The notes beneath the pieces are model-generated. The model made no database searches. It had not been told where the DNA came from and saw only the letters and a program-made list of their open reading frames with translations. The position numbers and the translations under genes are program-made. DNA of 64,000 nucleotides from the NCBI GenBank assembly GCA_965223415.1, contig OZ245002.1, positions 1,248,001-1,312,000 on the forward strand. Reading direction: 5' to 3'. Origin of the DNA: Myxococcota bacterium. GTDB lineage: Bacteria > Myxococcota_A > UBA9160 > UBA6930. Positions 17,569 through 27,945 of this stretch are shown here, piece after piece; the stretch's first letter is position 1; each line of letters starts with the position of its first letter.

Positions 17569-19815
17569 TCAGCTCACGGGCGTTCGGGCGTAGTCCACGA
17601 AGATGGGCGAGGACCAGGCGCGCGGCTCGGCCGGTGACAAGCAGTCGTCCTCGTAGGGCGCGGAGGCGCCGCAGGGCTCGACACTCACGCAGTTCCCGTC
17701 CGCGTCGTAGGTGCAGCGCAGCGGGTTCGAGCCGTGGATCAGCTGGTCCTCGGCCTCGATCGCACGCACGTAGTAGATCGTGTCGCGACGCGCTTCCGCG
17801 AACCCCGGGTCGGCGAACTCGACCACGCAGCCGTTGCCGTCGGCCGGACAGGGCAGCACGCGCCAGGGATCCTCGACGAGCGGGTCGACCGGCTCGTCGG
17901 CCCGGGTCTGGGGCCGGATGCGCACGACCTCGATGCGGGTGATCGGCCGCCGCACGTCGCCCGGGTGGTCGCACTCGCCCAGGCAGACGCGCCGGGTGCG
18001 CTCCTCGCCCAGCGCGGCGATGGCCGAAGCGGGACAGCCCGGCTTCTGCTCGAAGGACCCGGCCGCGCGTACGCGGAAACGCGGCGGGTCGGAACGGCGC
18101 ACCACCTGACCCATCGGCACCCGACGCTCGCCGTCGATCAAGTCGAACCACAACAGGATGCGGCGACCGCTGGTCGCGTAGACCTCCTTGCGCTGGAGCG
18201 CCTCCCAGATCGACTGGCGATCGCGACCTGTGGAGTGGGCGGCCACCAGGCCTCCGGTGGCCAGGTACGCCGAGGAGCGCTCCGTCTCGAAGAGCTGTAA
18301 CGGGCTCATGCCCGCCGCGTCGAAAGGCACCGCCTCGGCGACCGGTTCGCCCTCCGCGTGCTGGCCGAACAGACCTCCACCAGGCGCGTCGATCCCCTCG
18401 ACCCGGCCGCGGCCGTCGCTCATCTCCCCGCGACGCAGCTCCTTGTAGCCGGTGCCCGGTCGCGCGGTGTGGATGTCGCTCGAGCCGATGAATCCGAAGT
18501 CGAAGCGTTTGGGATCCTCGGGGTCAGTGAAATCGCGGACCGCCAGCATGTACTGGGCGCTCGACCGTGGTCGGAAGTTGAAGGCCGGCTGGAACATGTC
18601 CGGCGCCTGTCCGGCGTCGAGCCAGTCGGCGATCGGCTGGCCCGGAAGCGTCTTCCATCCGGCCTGGTGATGGTCGACGTACATCTGGCGCGCTTCTTCG
18701 GCCCGCCGCGCGCACTCCACGGCATCGATGCCCTGGGTCCTGCACGTCGCTTCGATCAACGCGCCAGCTCGCCAGCAGCTCGGCGTGTAGCCGTAGCTGG
18801 GCGCCGGGCAACTCTGGCTGCCGTCCGCCGCCACGTCGACCTCGCGCCACGGCGGCAGCTGCTCGGAGTTGCCGTGCCCGGAGTACAGCTCGAGCAGAGT
18901 CTGGCGCTTCGGGTCCTGGCCGGGCAGCTGCTTGCGCCAGTCCGAACCCGCGGGCGTATACATCCCCCAGGCCGTGCCGTGGGGGATCACGATCGACGGC
19001 ACGCCCCAGTCGTCGAGCTTGGCGAAGAGCGTCTCGGGATCGGGGGCCGCCTCCAGGCAGTCGGCGGGAAGCTCACGAACCGGCACACCCTGGGGACAGC
19101 GCTCGGCGGAGAAGAACTCGGAGAAGAACCGCGCGGTGTCGTGCCCGCGTTCGCCGAGCACCATCGCCAAACCGGCGCGCTGCAGCACGCCCGGAAGCTG
19201 CAGGCTCCGGGTCGCGGGCGAGACTGCTCCGATGGGGCGCGTCGGCACCTGGCCGTCGTCGGTGTGCAGCAGCACCACGTTCTTGTGCCCGTAGTGGTTC
19301 TCGGGCGTGTTGCCGATGTGGCTCCACTCCCAGCCCAGGTAGGTCACCAGATCCGGGTCGGAGGCATCTCCCGCCACCGCATTGCACTGGCGCACGGCGT
19401 CCACGGTCTCCGACCAGAGGCGCGCGTGGAGGTTCTCGGCGTGATCGTTGATCGACCAGAAGTCCAGGTTGGAGCAGAAGCGCGCGAAGTCACAGGCATC
19501 GGCCGGCGGCAGACTGCCCGGGCCGCCCCCTGCCGGCTGGTTCATCATGAGGGCGTCGAAGCTGAACGTGGTGTGAACGTGGAAGTCGCCGAACAGGATC
19601 TGCTTGGAGGCGTCGGCGCTCAGGGCCGAGATCGCCCGTTGCTGCGCGGCGCGGGCCGCAGCGCGAACCTGTGGCGAGCGCTCCCTGACGACCGGCTCGC
19701 CGGCCGTCTCCGGCTCGCCGAACCATCCCATGCCCACCGCGTACACGCCGGCGCCGAGCAGCGCCAGCACCACCACCAGTCCCGAAGCGATCCGTGCCCA
19801 CATCGTGGTACGCAT
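17569..19815 (-). CDS. DUF3604 (PHP-like metallohydrolase) protein, membrane-anchored or exported
   Basis: N-terminal hydrophobic helix; GDFHVHT, NDHAE, IPHG, GFIGSSDIH, EVYATSG, RAWSSPIF. Confidence 0.88.
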   Translation of the reverse strand: MRTTMWARIASGLVVVLALLGAGVYAVGMGWFGEPETAGEPVVRERSPQVRAAARAAQQRAISALSADASKQILFGDFHVHTTFSFDALMMNQPAGGGPGSLPPADACDFARFCSNLDFWSINDHAENLHARLWSETVDAVRQCNAVAGDASDPDLVTYLGWEWSHIGNTPENHYGHKNVVLLHTDDGQVPTRPIGAVSPATRSLQLPGVLQRAGLAMVLGERGHDTARFFSEFFSAERCPQGVPVRELPADCLEAAPDPETLFAKLDDWGVPSIVIPHGTAWGMYTPAGSDWRKQLPGQDPKRQTLLELYSGHGNSEQLPPWREVDVAADGSQSCPAPSYGYTPSCWRAGALIEATCRTQGIDAVECARRAEEARQMYVDHHQAGWKTLPGQPIADWLDAGQAPDMFQPAFNFRPRSSAQYMLAVRDFTDPEDPKRFDFGFIGSSDIHTARPGTGYKELRRGEMSDGRGRVEGIDAPGGGLFGQHAEGEPVAEAVPFDAAGMSPLQLFETERSSAYLATGGLVAAHSTGRDRQSIWEALQRKEVYATSGRRILLWFDLIDGERRVPMGQVVRRSDPPRFRVRAAGSFEQKPGCPASAIAALGEERTRRVCLGECDHPGDVRRPITRIEVVRIRPQTRADEPVDPLVEDPWRVLPCPADGNGCVVEFADPGFAEARRDTIYYVRAIEAEDQLIHGSNPLRCTYDADGNCVSVEPCGASAPYEDDCLSPAEPRAWSSPIFVDYARTPVS

Positions 19816-19851
19816 GGCGTCACGAACCGCGAGAGAGCGCGAGCGGAACGG

Positions 19852-21516
19852 TCACGGCGCCTCGGCGTCCTCCGCGCGGTGCGCTGGCTCGAAGACGAAG
19901 CCCTCGTAGTCCTTGCTCGCGACTTCGGCGATGCGGTGGTAGTAGAGCATGCCCCCGAGGTACGCGGAGAAATAGCGGGGCTTGCCGGGGATGTTGGCGC
20001 CCGTCCACCAGGAGTCGGTGCGGGGAAAGAGCGTGGCGTTCGCGATCCCGGTGACCTCGTTGCCCCAGGCCTCTTCGCTGTCGGTCGTGGGCTCGACGGC
20101 CCCGACCCCTTGCTGGTGCAGATGGCGCATGAAGTCGCCGATCCAGTCGATCTGGCGCTCCGCGCCGAGCGGCATGTTGTAGAAGACGCCGGGCGACCCG
20201 GGACCGTGGATCATGAACAGGTTGGGAAAGCCGGCAATCGTGAGACCGAGGTAGTTGTGGAAGCGGTCCTGCCATCTCTCCTCCAGGCTCATCTCCCCGC
20301 GTCCCTTGGGGTTGAGACGCAGCATCGAGCCGCTGATGGCATCGAAGCCGGTCGCCAGCACGAGCATGTCGATGGGGTGCTCGCCCGTCCTGGTCACCAC
20401 GCTGGTGGGCGTGAACCGCTCGATGGGGTCCTCGCGCAGGTCGACCAACGTCACGTTGTCGCGGTTGTAGGCCTCGAAGTAGCCGTCCTCCAGAATCGGC
20501 CGCTTGGTCATCACGAAGTGGTCGGGCATCAGCTTTTCGGCGATCTTGGGGTCGCGCACGATCCCGCGGATCTTGGCGCGCACGAAGTCGGCCAGCGTCT
20601 GGTTGGCTTCCTCGCTGGTCGCGATGTCGTTGTAGAGGTTCAGGAAGAACCCGAAGCCACCTCGCTGCCACAGCCTCTCGTACAGCGCCTCCCGCTGCTC
20701 GGGAGTGTCTTCGAGGGCGGAGCGCTCTGGGTTCGGATCGAAGGGGAAGCCCCCGGCGTTCGCGTGCATCTTCGCGCGGATGGCCGCGAAGTCCGCTCTC
20801 GCTTCCGCCATCTCCTCGGGTGTGAGAGGGCGGTTCCTTGCCGGGAAGGCGAACTGCGGCGTGCGCTGCAGGACGGTCACGTGCGCCGCCTCCTTGGCGA
20901 TCTCGGGGATCGACTGGATCCCCGAGGAGCCGGTACCGATCACGGCGACGCGCTTGCCTTCGAAGGAGACCGGCTCGTGCGGCCACGTTCCGGTGTGGTA
21001 GCACTCGCCCGCGAAGTCGTGGATCCTCGGGATGTCGGGCATGTTCGCCGTCGAGAGCGCGCCCACCGCACAGATCAGGAACGGGGCAGTTGCGCGCACC
21101 CCGGTGTTGGTCTCCACCGTCCAGCGCTGTGCCTCTTCGTCGTAGCGGGCGTCCTGCACCCAGGTCTCGAACCGGATGTCGCGGCGGAGGTCGAACCGAT
21201 CAGCAACGTGTTCGAGGTACGCCAGTACCGCGGACCACTCGGACTGGGTCTCTTCCCAGTCCCACTCCTTCATGAGCTCTTCCGAGAACGTGTAGCAGTA
21301 GAACGGGCTCCCCGGGCCATCGACCCGTGCTCCCGGGTAGCGGTTGTGCCACCAGGTGCCGCCGATGTCGCTGGCGCCGTCGTACACGCGGACCGAAAGG
21401 CCCATCTCGCGCAGGTGATGCAGGGCGTACATCCCGCTGACACCCGCTCCGATGACCACCACGTCGTAGTGCTCGATTCGCTCGCTCTTTCGCGGTGACT
21501 GGTTCGTGCTCGTCAT
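19852..21516 (-). CDS. Baeyer-Villiger monooxygenase (CHMO/steroid monooxygenase-like)
   Basis: GAGVSG, GGTWWHNRYPGAR, FAGECYHTGTWP fingerprint, GTGSSG, ATGFD. Confidence 0.93.
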   Translation of the reverse strand: MTSTNQSPRKSERIEHYDVVVIGAGVSGMYALHHLREMGLSVRVYDGASDIGGTWWHNRYPGARVDGPGSPFYCYTFSEELMKEWDWEETQSEWSAVLAYLEHVADRFDLRRDIRFETWVQDARYDEEAQRWTVETNTGVRATAPFLICAVGALSTANMPDIPRIHDFAGECYHTGTWPHEPVSFEGKRVAVIGTGSSGIQSIPEIAKEAAHVTVLQRTPQFAFPARNRPLTPEEMAEARADFAAIRAKMHANAGGFPFDPNPERSALEDTPEQREALYERLWQRGGFGFFLNLYNDIATSEEANQTLADFVRAKIRGIVRDPKIAEKLMPDHFVMTKRPILEDGYFEAYNRDNVTLVDLREDPIERFTPTSVVTRTGEHPIDMLVLATGFDAISGSMLRLNPKGRGEMSLEERWQDRFHNYLGLTIAGFPNLFMIHGPGSPGVFYNMPLGAERQIDWIGDFMRHLHQQGVGAVEPTTDSEEAWGNEVTGIANATLFPRTDSWWTGANIPGKPRYFSAYLGGMLYYHRIAEVASKDYEGFVFEPAHRAEDAEAP

Positions 21517-21699
21517 TCCTTGCTCCTGCTTGACAGCGACTATAGCCGCGACCGGGTCGTTTCAGTAGCGCGCCGATCGTCTAGGACCCGGAGACGTCGT
21601 CGGCGACGGGGGTGGCGATGGAGGCGCCACTGCGCTTGTACCGCGCCTTGCGCTCGGCGCTCCACGGGTCGATTTCGTCCTTGAGTACGCCCGCGGCGA

Positions 21700-21809
21700 G
21701 CAGCGAGGTTGATGGCCCGCGCCTCATGGGGGAGACCGCACTCTTCGAGCATGATGGTGGCATTCCACCCGTTGGGGGTGGGAGACGCAGAGACCTGGAT
21801 GGAGTCCAT
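21700..21809 (-). pseudogene. N-terminal remnant of a YfcG/YghU-like glutathione S-transferase
   Basis: SPTPNGWNATIMLEECGLPHEARAINL resembles the TPNG..IMLEE motif; similarity stops after about 35 aa. Confidence 0.6.
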
Positions 21810-21934
21810 GGCACAGGCCTCTCGGGAGGCGGCTACTCGTCGGCATGCTAGCGCGGGTCCCGTGCAGTCGTTCCGAGATCGACGGGACCTGTGATGGGCA
21901 TTGCGCGCCGCGACGAGGGACGCAGAATACGTCC

Positions 21935-22938
21935 ATGCCCGACCGACCGTTGCGCGTGATCGGCCTCCCGATGTCGCCCTACTCGCTCAAAGTGCGCGCG
22001 TACCTGCGCTACAAGACGATCCCGTTCGAGTGGATCGACCGCAACCGGCGCAACGAGAAGCTGTTCCAACGGCATGCGCGCGTGCAGCTGATCCCGCTCG
22101 TTCTCTTCCCGAACGGCGAGGCGATGCAGGACTCGACGCCTATCATCGAACAGCTCGAAGAGGAGTACCCGGAGCCTTCGATCCATCCGAAAGCCCCGGC
22201 GCCGCGCTTCCTCTCGGCCCTGCTCGAGGAGTACGGAGACGAGTGGTGCAACAAGCTGATGTTCCAGTACCGCTGGGCCCGAGAGAGGACGCACGTTCGG
22301 CGGCGAAGCGGATCTCGGACCAGATGCTCCGCGGTTCGCCTCTCCGCCCGCTCCAACCGCTGCTGGTGCCGTTCATCCACCGACGGATGGTCCCGCGCAT
22401 GGCCTTCGCCGGAGCCAACGAGACGAACGCGCCGCACCTTCAGGAGTCGTGGTTCCGAACGGTCGAGCTGCTCGACGCACACCTGGCGAACCGCGCGTAT
22501 CTGTTCGGCGCCCGGCCCTCCTTCGGCGACTTCGGGATCTGGGGAAACCTGAACCAGGCCTACTCCGACCCGACTTGCGGACGGCACATCCGCGAGACGG
22601 CGCCGGCGCTCGAGCGATGGATCCTGCGCATGGACGATCCCGCTGCGGAAGGAGCGTTCGAGGAGCTCCATGCGCTGCTTCCGACACTCGGACCGCTCCT
22701 GGAAGAACAGGTCGCCGGGCGCTTCCTCCCCTGGAGCGTGGCGAACGAGAAGGCCCTCGCGGCGGGCGAAGACCGGACGCGCCTCGTCTTCGACGGGCAG
22801 CCCTACGAACAGAAGACCTTCAAGTACCACGCGTGGTCGCTCGACCAGCTGCGCCGGAAGCTCGAGCCGATGCGCGACGATCCGGCGTTGCGGAAGGTCC
22901 TGACGAAGACCGGCTGCGCGGAGTGGCTCTTCACCTGA
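21935..22938 (+). pseudogene. Glutathione S-transferase-family gene with one frameshift near 22276
   Basis: SPYSLKVRAYLRYK, DSTPII, EEYGDEW..K.MFQYRW in one frame; YLFGARPSFGDFG and the C-terminus in another frame. Confidence 0.8.
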
Positions 22939-22950
22939 CCTTCGCCGGGC

Positions 22951-23160
22951 GCCGTCTGGCAGGACCCGGACTTCGCCGCCTCGCGCGACGCGGTGTACTA
23001 CGCGCGCGTGCTCGAGAACCCGAGCTGCCGCTGGAGCTCGATCCAGTGCATGGCGATTCCGGAGGCGGAGCGGCCCGATGGCTGCGCGCACCCGCGCATC
23101 GACAAGACGATCCAGGAGCGCGCCTGGACCTCGCCGGTCTGGTATTCGCCGGACGCGTGA
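22951..23160 (+). pseudogene. C-terminal remnant of a second DUF3604 gene
   Basis: AVWQDPDF...VYYARVLENPSCRWS...IQERAWTSPVWY*, no start codon or N-terminal part. Confidence 0.8.
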
Positions 23161-23499
23161 TCCAACCCCATCCGCGCACGGGCGGGGAAGCGGTCATGCC
23201 GACCCGGACCGCCCGCCGCGTCCGTGGTCAGCCGGATTCCGCCGTCCGGGACCGGCAGGCCGAGAGCTGCGTCCGAAGGAGCCCCGCCTCGCGATGGTGG
23301 ATGCCCGCCTGGTACCGGGAGTCGGCGAGCATAGCGAGCATGGGCCCCGGCTCCGCGACCACGTCGAGCAGCACGCCGGACACGAGACCGACGTGTCCAC
23401 CGACCTCTTTCGCGGCCCGGGCGACCCGCGACTCGGAGGTCCTTCGGCTCTTCCGGCCCGACGCCGCCGGGCGGTCGGGCGAGACCCATGCGACGGTGG

Positions 23500-23633
23500 T
23501 GAACGATCTCCGCGAAGAGCGCCTCGAACGCGACGTCCGGTCGGCCACGCAGCTCTCCCCGGGGCCACGCCTCCGTCGGCCACGGCGTTCCGGGCGGCTG
23601 GGTCGGGAGCGGGAGGAGCGAGCGGTCGGGCAT
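23500..23633 (-). pseudogene. Probable N-terminal fragment of the adjacent serine hydrolase, on the opposite strand
   Basis: MPDRSLLPLPTQPPGTPWPTEAWPRGEL, recalled as the N-terminus typical of this hydrolase subfamily. Confidence 0.5.
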
Positions 23634-23719
23634 GGATGGAGAGTAGTGCGCCGAGCCAGCCAGTCGGCTAAGCGGCCTCCTCGACCTCGTCCGCGCGGAG
23701 GAGCCGAGGGGCCGACCAG

Positions 23720-24248
23720 GGACCGGACACGACCCTGATCTCCTGGTCCGTGGCGAAGAGCATCCTGCACGCGCTCGTGGGGATCCTGGTCCGAGAAGGA
23801 CGGCTCGACGTGCATCGGCCCGCACCGGTTGGAGACCCCCGCTCCGCCATCACGACCGAGCACCTGCTGCACATGGTCGACGGCCTCGACTTCATCGAGG
23901 ACTACATCGAGAGCGATGCGTCCAACGTCATCGATATGCTGTTCGGCTCCGGCAAGGCCGACGTGGCCGCCTATGCGGAAGCGCTCTCACCGGCGCATCT
24001 GCCGGGCCGGGTCTGGAGCTACTCGAGCGAGACCTCGAACATCGTGTCGGCCATCGAACGGGTCCGGGGTCTTCCACTGCTCGGGCTATCAGGGGCAGTT
24101 CATCGCGATCGATCCGTCTCGCGACGTCGTCCTCGTCCGCCTCGGACGCTCGGAGCCGGAGCAGCGCGGTGCGGTCTACCGCAGCCTCGATCGGATGCTT
24201 CGGGCCTTCCCCGTCCAGGGCGGCACGATCGGAACGGACCCGACCTAG
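23720..24248 (+). pseudogene. Beta-lactamase-family serine hydrolase remnant with internal deletion
   Basis: TLISWSVAKS (SxxK), ITTEHLLHM, WSYSS, then a frame jump to GYQGQFIAIDPSRDVVLVRLG. Confidence 0.8.
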
Positions 24249-24292
24249 TCCGAACGGGGGCGGAGTCGCGAGCTTCGCGTCACACTCCTGCG

Positions 24293-24625
24293 ATGGCCTT
24301 CGGCAAGCAATCCGGCCCGCCCGCCACCCGGCAGCAGCTCGAAGAGCTCCTCGAGCTGCTCGAGCGAGCGGGCCACTCGGGCTTTCGCGACGCCCGCGGG
24401 CCGATGGGCTTCAGCCAGCGTCAGGCCGGCGGACGCTTCACGCGGGACGAGGCACAGGCCTTCATCGACCAGCTGATCGCCGAGGAGGACGCGAAGGTGG
24501 TCCCGCCGGCGCCAAAGCTCTCGATCGTGAGGCCGCCCGAGGTGGAGGCGACGCTGCGCGGGCTCTCGGACGCGGCTCTCGCCGACGAGCTGCGCCGGCG
24601 AGGCTGGACCGTCACCAAGGAGTAG
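24293..24625 (+). CDS. Hypothetical protein
   Basis: 110-aa ORF MAFGKQSGPPA...ELRRRGW with high-GC3 codon usage. Confidence 0.7.
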   Translation: MAFGKQSGPPATRQQLEELLELLERAGHSGFRDARGPMGFSQRQAGGRFTRDEAQAFIDQLIAEEDAKVVPPAPKLSIVRPPEVEATLRGLSDAALADELRRRGWTVTKE

Positions 24626-24865
24626 GGGCGCAGCGCGGCCGGCAAGCCTCCCTCGGCGAGGCCCGGGGGCCGGAGCACTGGATCGTGGCACTCGCCGGAC
24701 CCGTAACCTGCTCCTCCGGTGCGATTCGACCCCGCTCTAGGGCAGCGGGAGCCGCCGAGAGCGCCGGCGTCCGCCGCAGTCAAGCCTCTCCGGCAGGCAG
24801 CCGATAGGCAGCTTGCGGCGCGATCCCTGCGTCGGTCCGTTCCCCGCGAACACCCGGGAGGCCGA

Positions 24866-27715
24866 ATGATCGCGCGTGCCTTGCTGCTCTTCGTCTTCTC
24901 CCTCTCGGGCGCGAGCGCCCTGATCTTCGAGACGCTCTGGTTCCACGGCGCGGGGATCGCCCTCGGCAACAGCGTCTGGGCGTCGAGCCTCGTGCTCGCG
25001 GCCTTCATGGCGGGGCTCGCCCTGGGCAACGCCCTGGCACTCCGGGGCGTGCAGCGCTGGCAGCGTCCGATCCGTCTGTACGCGCTGCTCGAGATCGCGA
25101 TCGGGCTCATCGGGCTCGCACTCGTCTATGGGCTTCCGCTCCAGGCCCACGTCCTCGCCCCGTTCCTCGGCGGCATCGATTCCCCCCTGGCCCTGAACGT
25201 CGCGCGCTTCATCCTCGCTTTCGGTGCGCTCCTCGTTCCCTCGACGGCAATGGGACTGACCCTCCCCGTCCTGACGCGCGCCTTGAGCCGACGGGATTCG
25301 AATTTCGGCTCCGTGCTCGGCGCTCTGTACGGAGCCAACACGGCCGGCGCCGTCGTCGGGGCCGTGGGCGCGGAGGTGCTCCTGATCGGAGCGTTCGGAG
25401 TCCATGGGACAGCAGGGATCGCCGCCGGAATGAACCTCGTCGCCGCCGGACTCGCCTGGCGCCTGGATCGACGCGAAGATGCGACGGAGGCGCCCGACGC
25501 CCCTCCGGCCGACGCCTCCGTTCTCCAGCGGCCACGCATGCTCGTCGGTCTCGGTGCCGCAGCGCTCTCCGGCTTCCTGCTCCTCGCCCTCGAGGTGATC
25601 TGGTTTCGCTTCCTCTCCCTCTATGTCCTCTCGCGCTCCGAGTCCTTCGCGGTGATGATGGGCGTCGTCCTCGCGGGGATATCCGCCGGCGGGTGGTTGG
25701 CAGCGCACGCCCTGCGCCGGGGTCTCGACGCCGAACGCGCCGCGCCGCATGTCGCGCTGCTCGCCGGCGCCGCTTGCGTCGCCTGCTATGCGGCGGCGCC
25801 CCTCTACCTGGCGCCCTTCGCCGTGCGGCCCGCCCTCGGAATCGCGCCGGTCATCGCCGTCGCGCTGCCGCTGATGTTCCCGGTCTCGATGCTCTCGGGC
25901 CTGTTCTTCACCGTCGTCGGCGTCGTGGTGCGCCGCTCGCTGCACCAGGAGGGCCGCGCGGCGAGCGCGCTGACCCTGGCCAACACCCTCGGCGCCTCCG
26001 TGGGCCCGCTGGCTGCAGGCTTCGTGATGCTGCCGACCCTCGGAATCGAGCGTTCGATCTTCGTCATCGCCAGCCTCTACGCGGCGATCGGCCTCACCTG
26101 GGCGCTGTTCAGCGGGGCCCTGCGGCAGCCTCGTGCCCTTGTAGGGGTCGGCACGGCGGCCGTCGCACTGCTGGCCTTCCCCTGGGGCGCGATGCACGAC
26201 GACCATCTTCCCAACGCAGCGAAGCGCTGGCTCTCCGACACGCCTCATCGCATCTTCGAGGTGCGGGAAGGCGTGCAGGAGACCGCGATCTACGTGAGGG
26301 GATTCGTGCTCGGCGAGGCGTACTCGACGCGGCTCGTGACCAATGCGCTCTCGATGTCGGGAAACGACGCCCGTTCGCGGCGCTACATGAAGCTCTTCAG
26401 CTACTGGCCGCTCGTCTTTCACGAGGACCCCAAGCGCGCGTTGCTCATCAGCTACGGCCTCGGCTCGACGGCGAAGTCACTCACCGATCAAGCGAGCTTC
26501 GAGGCGATCGATATCGTCGACATCTCGAGAGACATCTTCGAGATGAGCGAGCTCGTTTTCCCACCGGTCGCCCACCCGCTCCGCGATTCGCGGGTTCGTC
26601 GCCATGTCGAAGACGGCCGCTACTTCCTGCAGACGACCCACGAACGCTACGACGTGATCACCGGCGAACCTCCGCCGCCCGCGGCCTCGGGTGTCGTGAA
26701 CCTCTACACGCGCGAGTACTTCGGGCTGGTTCGGGACCGTCTCGCCGACGGGGGCATCTTCACGTACTGGCTTCCGGTCCACTCGATCACCGAAGGGACG
26801 ACGCGCTCGATCCTCCGCGCCTTCTGCGACGTGTTCCCGGACTGCTCACTGTGGCACGGAAGCGGCGAGGACCTGATGATGGTCGGAACGAACGGCCTGC
26901 GCGTGCCACCGGACGTCGCCCGCTTCACCGCGTTGTGGCGAGACGAAGGCCAGCGTGCGGAGCTGGAAGCTCTGGGCTTCGAGCGCCCCGAGCAGTGGGG
27001 CGCGCTCTTCGTCGGCGACGCGAACTACCTGCGTGAGATCACCCGCGAGGCGCTGCCGGCCCTCGACGCGTGGCCGAAACGGGTCGCTGGGCCCCGCTCC
27101 GTTCGGAAACGGCTCGAGCCGCTCCACCACAGCTTCGCCGACGCGACCGCCTCCCGGCGCCGCTTCGAGACGAGCGGATGGATCGGGACCATCTGGCCTC
27201 GGGAGATGCGCGACGCGTCGCTCGCCTACTTCGGGCCCCAGCAGATCATGAACGACGTCTACTTCGCGACGCGCTCGGAGGAGCGCTCTGCGATCCGCGA
27301 CGCACACGACCTGCTGACCGGGACCTCGCTCCGGGCGCCGTTCCTGCTGCTGCTGCGCAGCGACGCCGACTTGCTGCGGCTGGCGCGGAAGGCCAGTGCA
27401 ACCGGCCCGATGGGGCCGGGACCTGCCTACCACCTGGCCGTGGATGCCCTCGCCGACCGCGACTATCGCGCGGCGCTTCCCCTCCTGGAACGCGCCGAGG
27501 CCTCGGGCGAGCTTCGGGGGACCGCGCTGGCGCTACGCATCTTCACCCTGGCGATGCTGGATGAACGGGAAGCCGCCGAGCAGCTCGCGAACGCTCGCTA
27601 CCAGGAGCTCGGGGTCGGCTCGAAGATCACGGACTACTGGGCGGGCCTCGACGAGCTCTTCGGCATCCGCCCCGCGGCGTTGCGTGACGACGCTCCGCTT
27701 GCGCGGAGGCCTTGA
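24866..27715 (+). CDS. Fused membrane (MFS-like)/spermidine synthase-like protein with TPR-like tail
   Basis: SGASALIFE, LAAFMAGLALG, LYGANTAGA, SGFLLLALEVIW; SAM-fold LLISYGLGST, VDISR, EDGR, DVITGEPP, NLYTREYF. Confidence 0.88.
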   Translation: MIARALLLFVFSLSGASALIFETLWFHGAGIALGNSVWASSLVLAAFMAGLALGNALALRGVQRWQRPIRLYALLEIAIGLIGLALVYGLPLQAHVLAPFLGGIDSPLALNVARFILAFGALLVPSTAMGLTLPVLTRALSRRDSNFGSVLGALYGANTAGAVVGAVGAEVLLIGAFGVHGTAGIAAGMNLVAAGLAWRLDRREDATEAPDAPPADASVLQRPRMLVGLGAAALSGFLLLALEVIWFRFLSLYVLSRSESFAVMMGVVLAGISAGGWLAAHALRRGLDAERAAPHVALLAGAACVACYAAAPLYLAPFAVRPALGIAPVIAVALPLMFPVSMLSGLFFTVVGVVVRRSLHQEGRAASALTLANTLGASVGPLAAGFVMLPTLGIERSIFVIASLYAAIGLTWALFSGALRQPRALVGVGTAAVALLAFPWGAMHDDHLPNAAKRWLSDTPHRIFEVREGVQETAIYVRGFVLGEAYSTRLVTNALSMSGNDARSRRYMKLFSYWPLVFHEDPKRALLISYGLGSTAKSLTDQASFEAIDIVDISRDIFEMSELVFPPVAHPLRDSRVRRHVEDGRYFLQTTHERYDVITGEPPPPAASGVVNLYTREYFGLVRDRLADGGIFTYWLPVHSITEGTTRSILRAFCDVFPDCSLWHGSGEDLMMVGTNGLRVPPDVARFTALWRDEGQRAELEALGFERPEQWGALFVGDANYLREITREALPALDAWPKRVAGPRSVRKRLEPLHHSFADATASRRRFETSGWIGTIWPREMRDASLAYFGPQQIMNDVYFATRSEERSAIRDAHDLLTGTSLRAPFLLLLRSDADLLRLARKASATGPMGPGPAYHLAVDALADRDYRAALPLLERAEASGELRGTALALRIFTLAMLDEREAAEQLANARYQELGVGSKITDYWAGLDELFGIRPAALRDDAPLARRP

Positions 27716-27945
27716 GGCCGTCGGTCACCGGGCCACGTCGGCCGGCGGCCCGGGCCTGCCTCGGGGTCCGGGCACCAGGCGGGATGCTTCGGCTCCACGG
27801 CCCGGGAGGCGGCGACGGCCCAGCGATCGGCCCGTACGAGGCCCTCGACTTCCGCGCCGAGCCGTACGACGATCCGGCTCCCCTGCGTTCGGCGGAGTCC
27901 CTCGATCCCCGCCGAGCCGGTGGCCCCCAGGCGAGGGAGTGACGG

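Noticed and set aside
18358..21498. 1046-aa plus-strand ORF and similar long shadow ORFs (988-2736, 11547-13346, 27396-30278, 39177-41132, 42906-44981)
   Set aside because: Antisense or off-frame to genes with clear family motifs; expected in high-GC DNA and lacking motifs of their own
23750..24625. 291-aa hydrolase-hypothetical fusion in the ORF track
   Set aside because: Read-through artefact of the broken serine hydrolase into a separate gene starting at 24293
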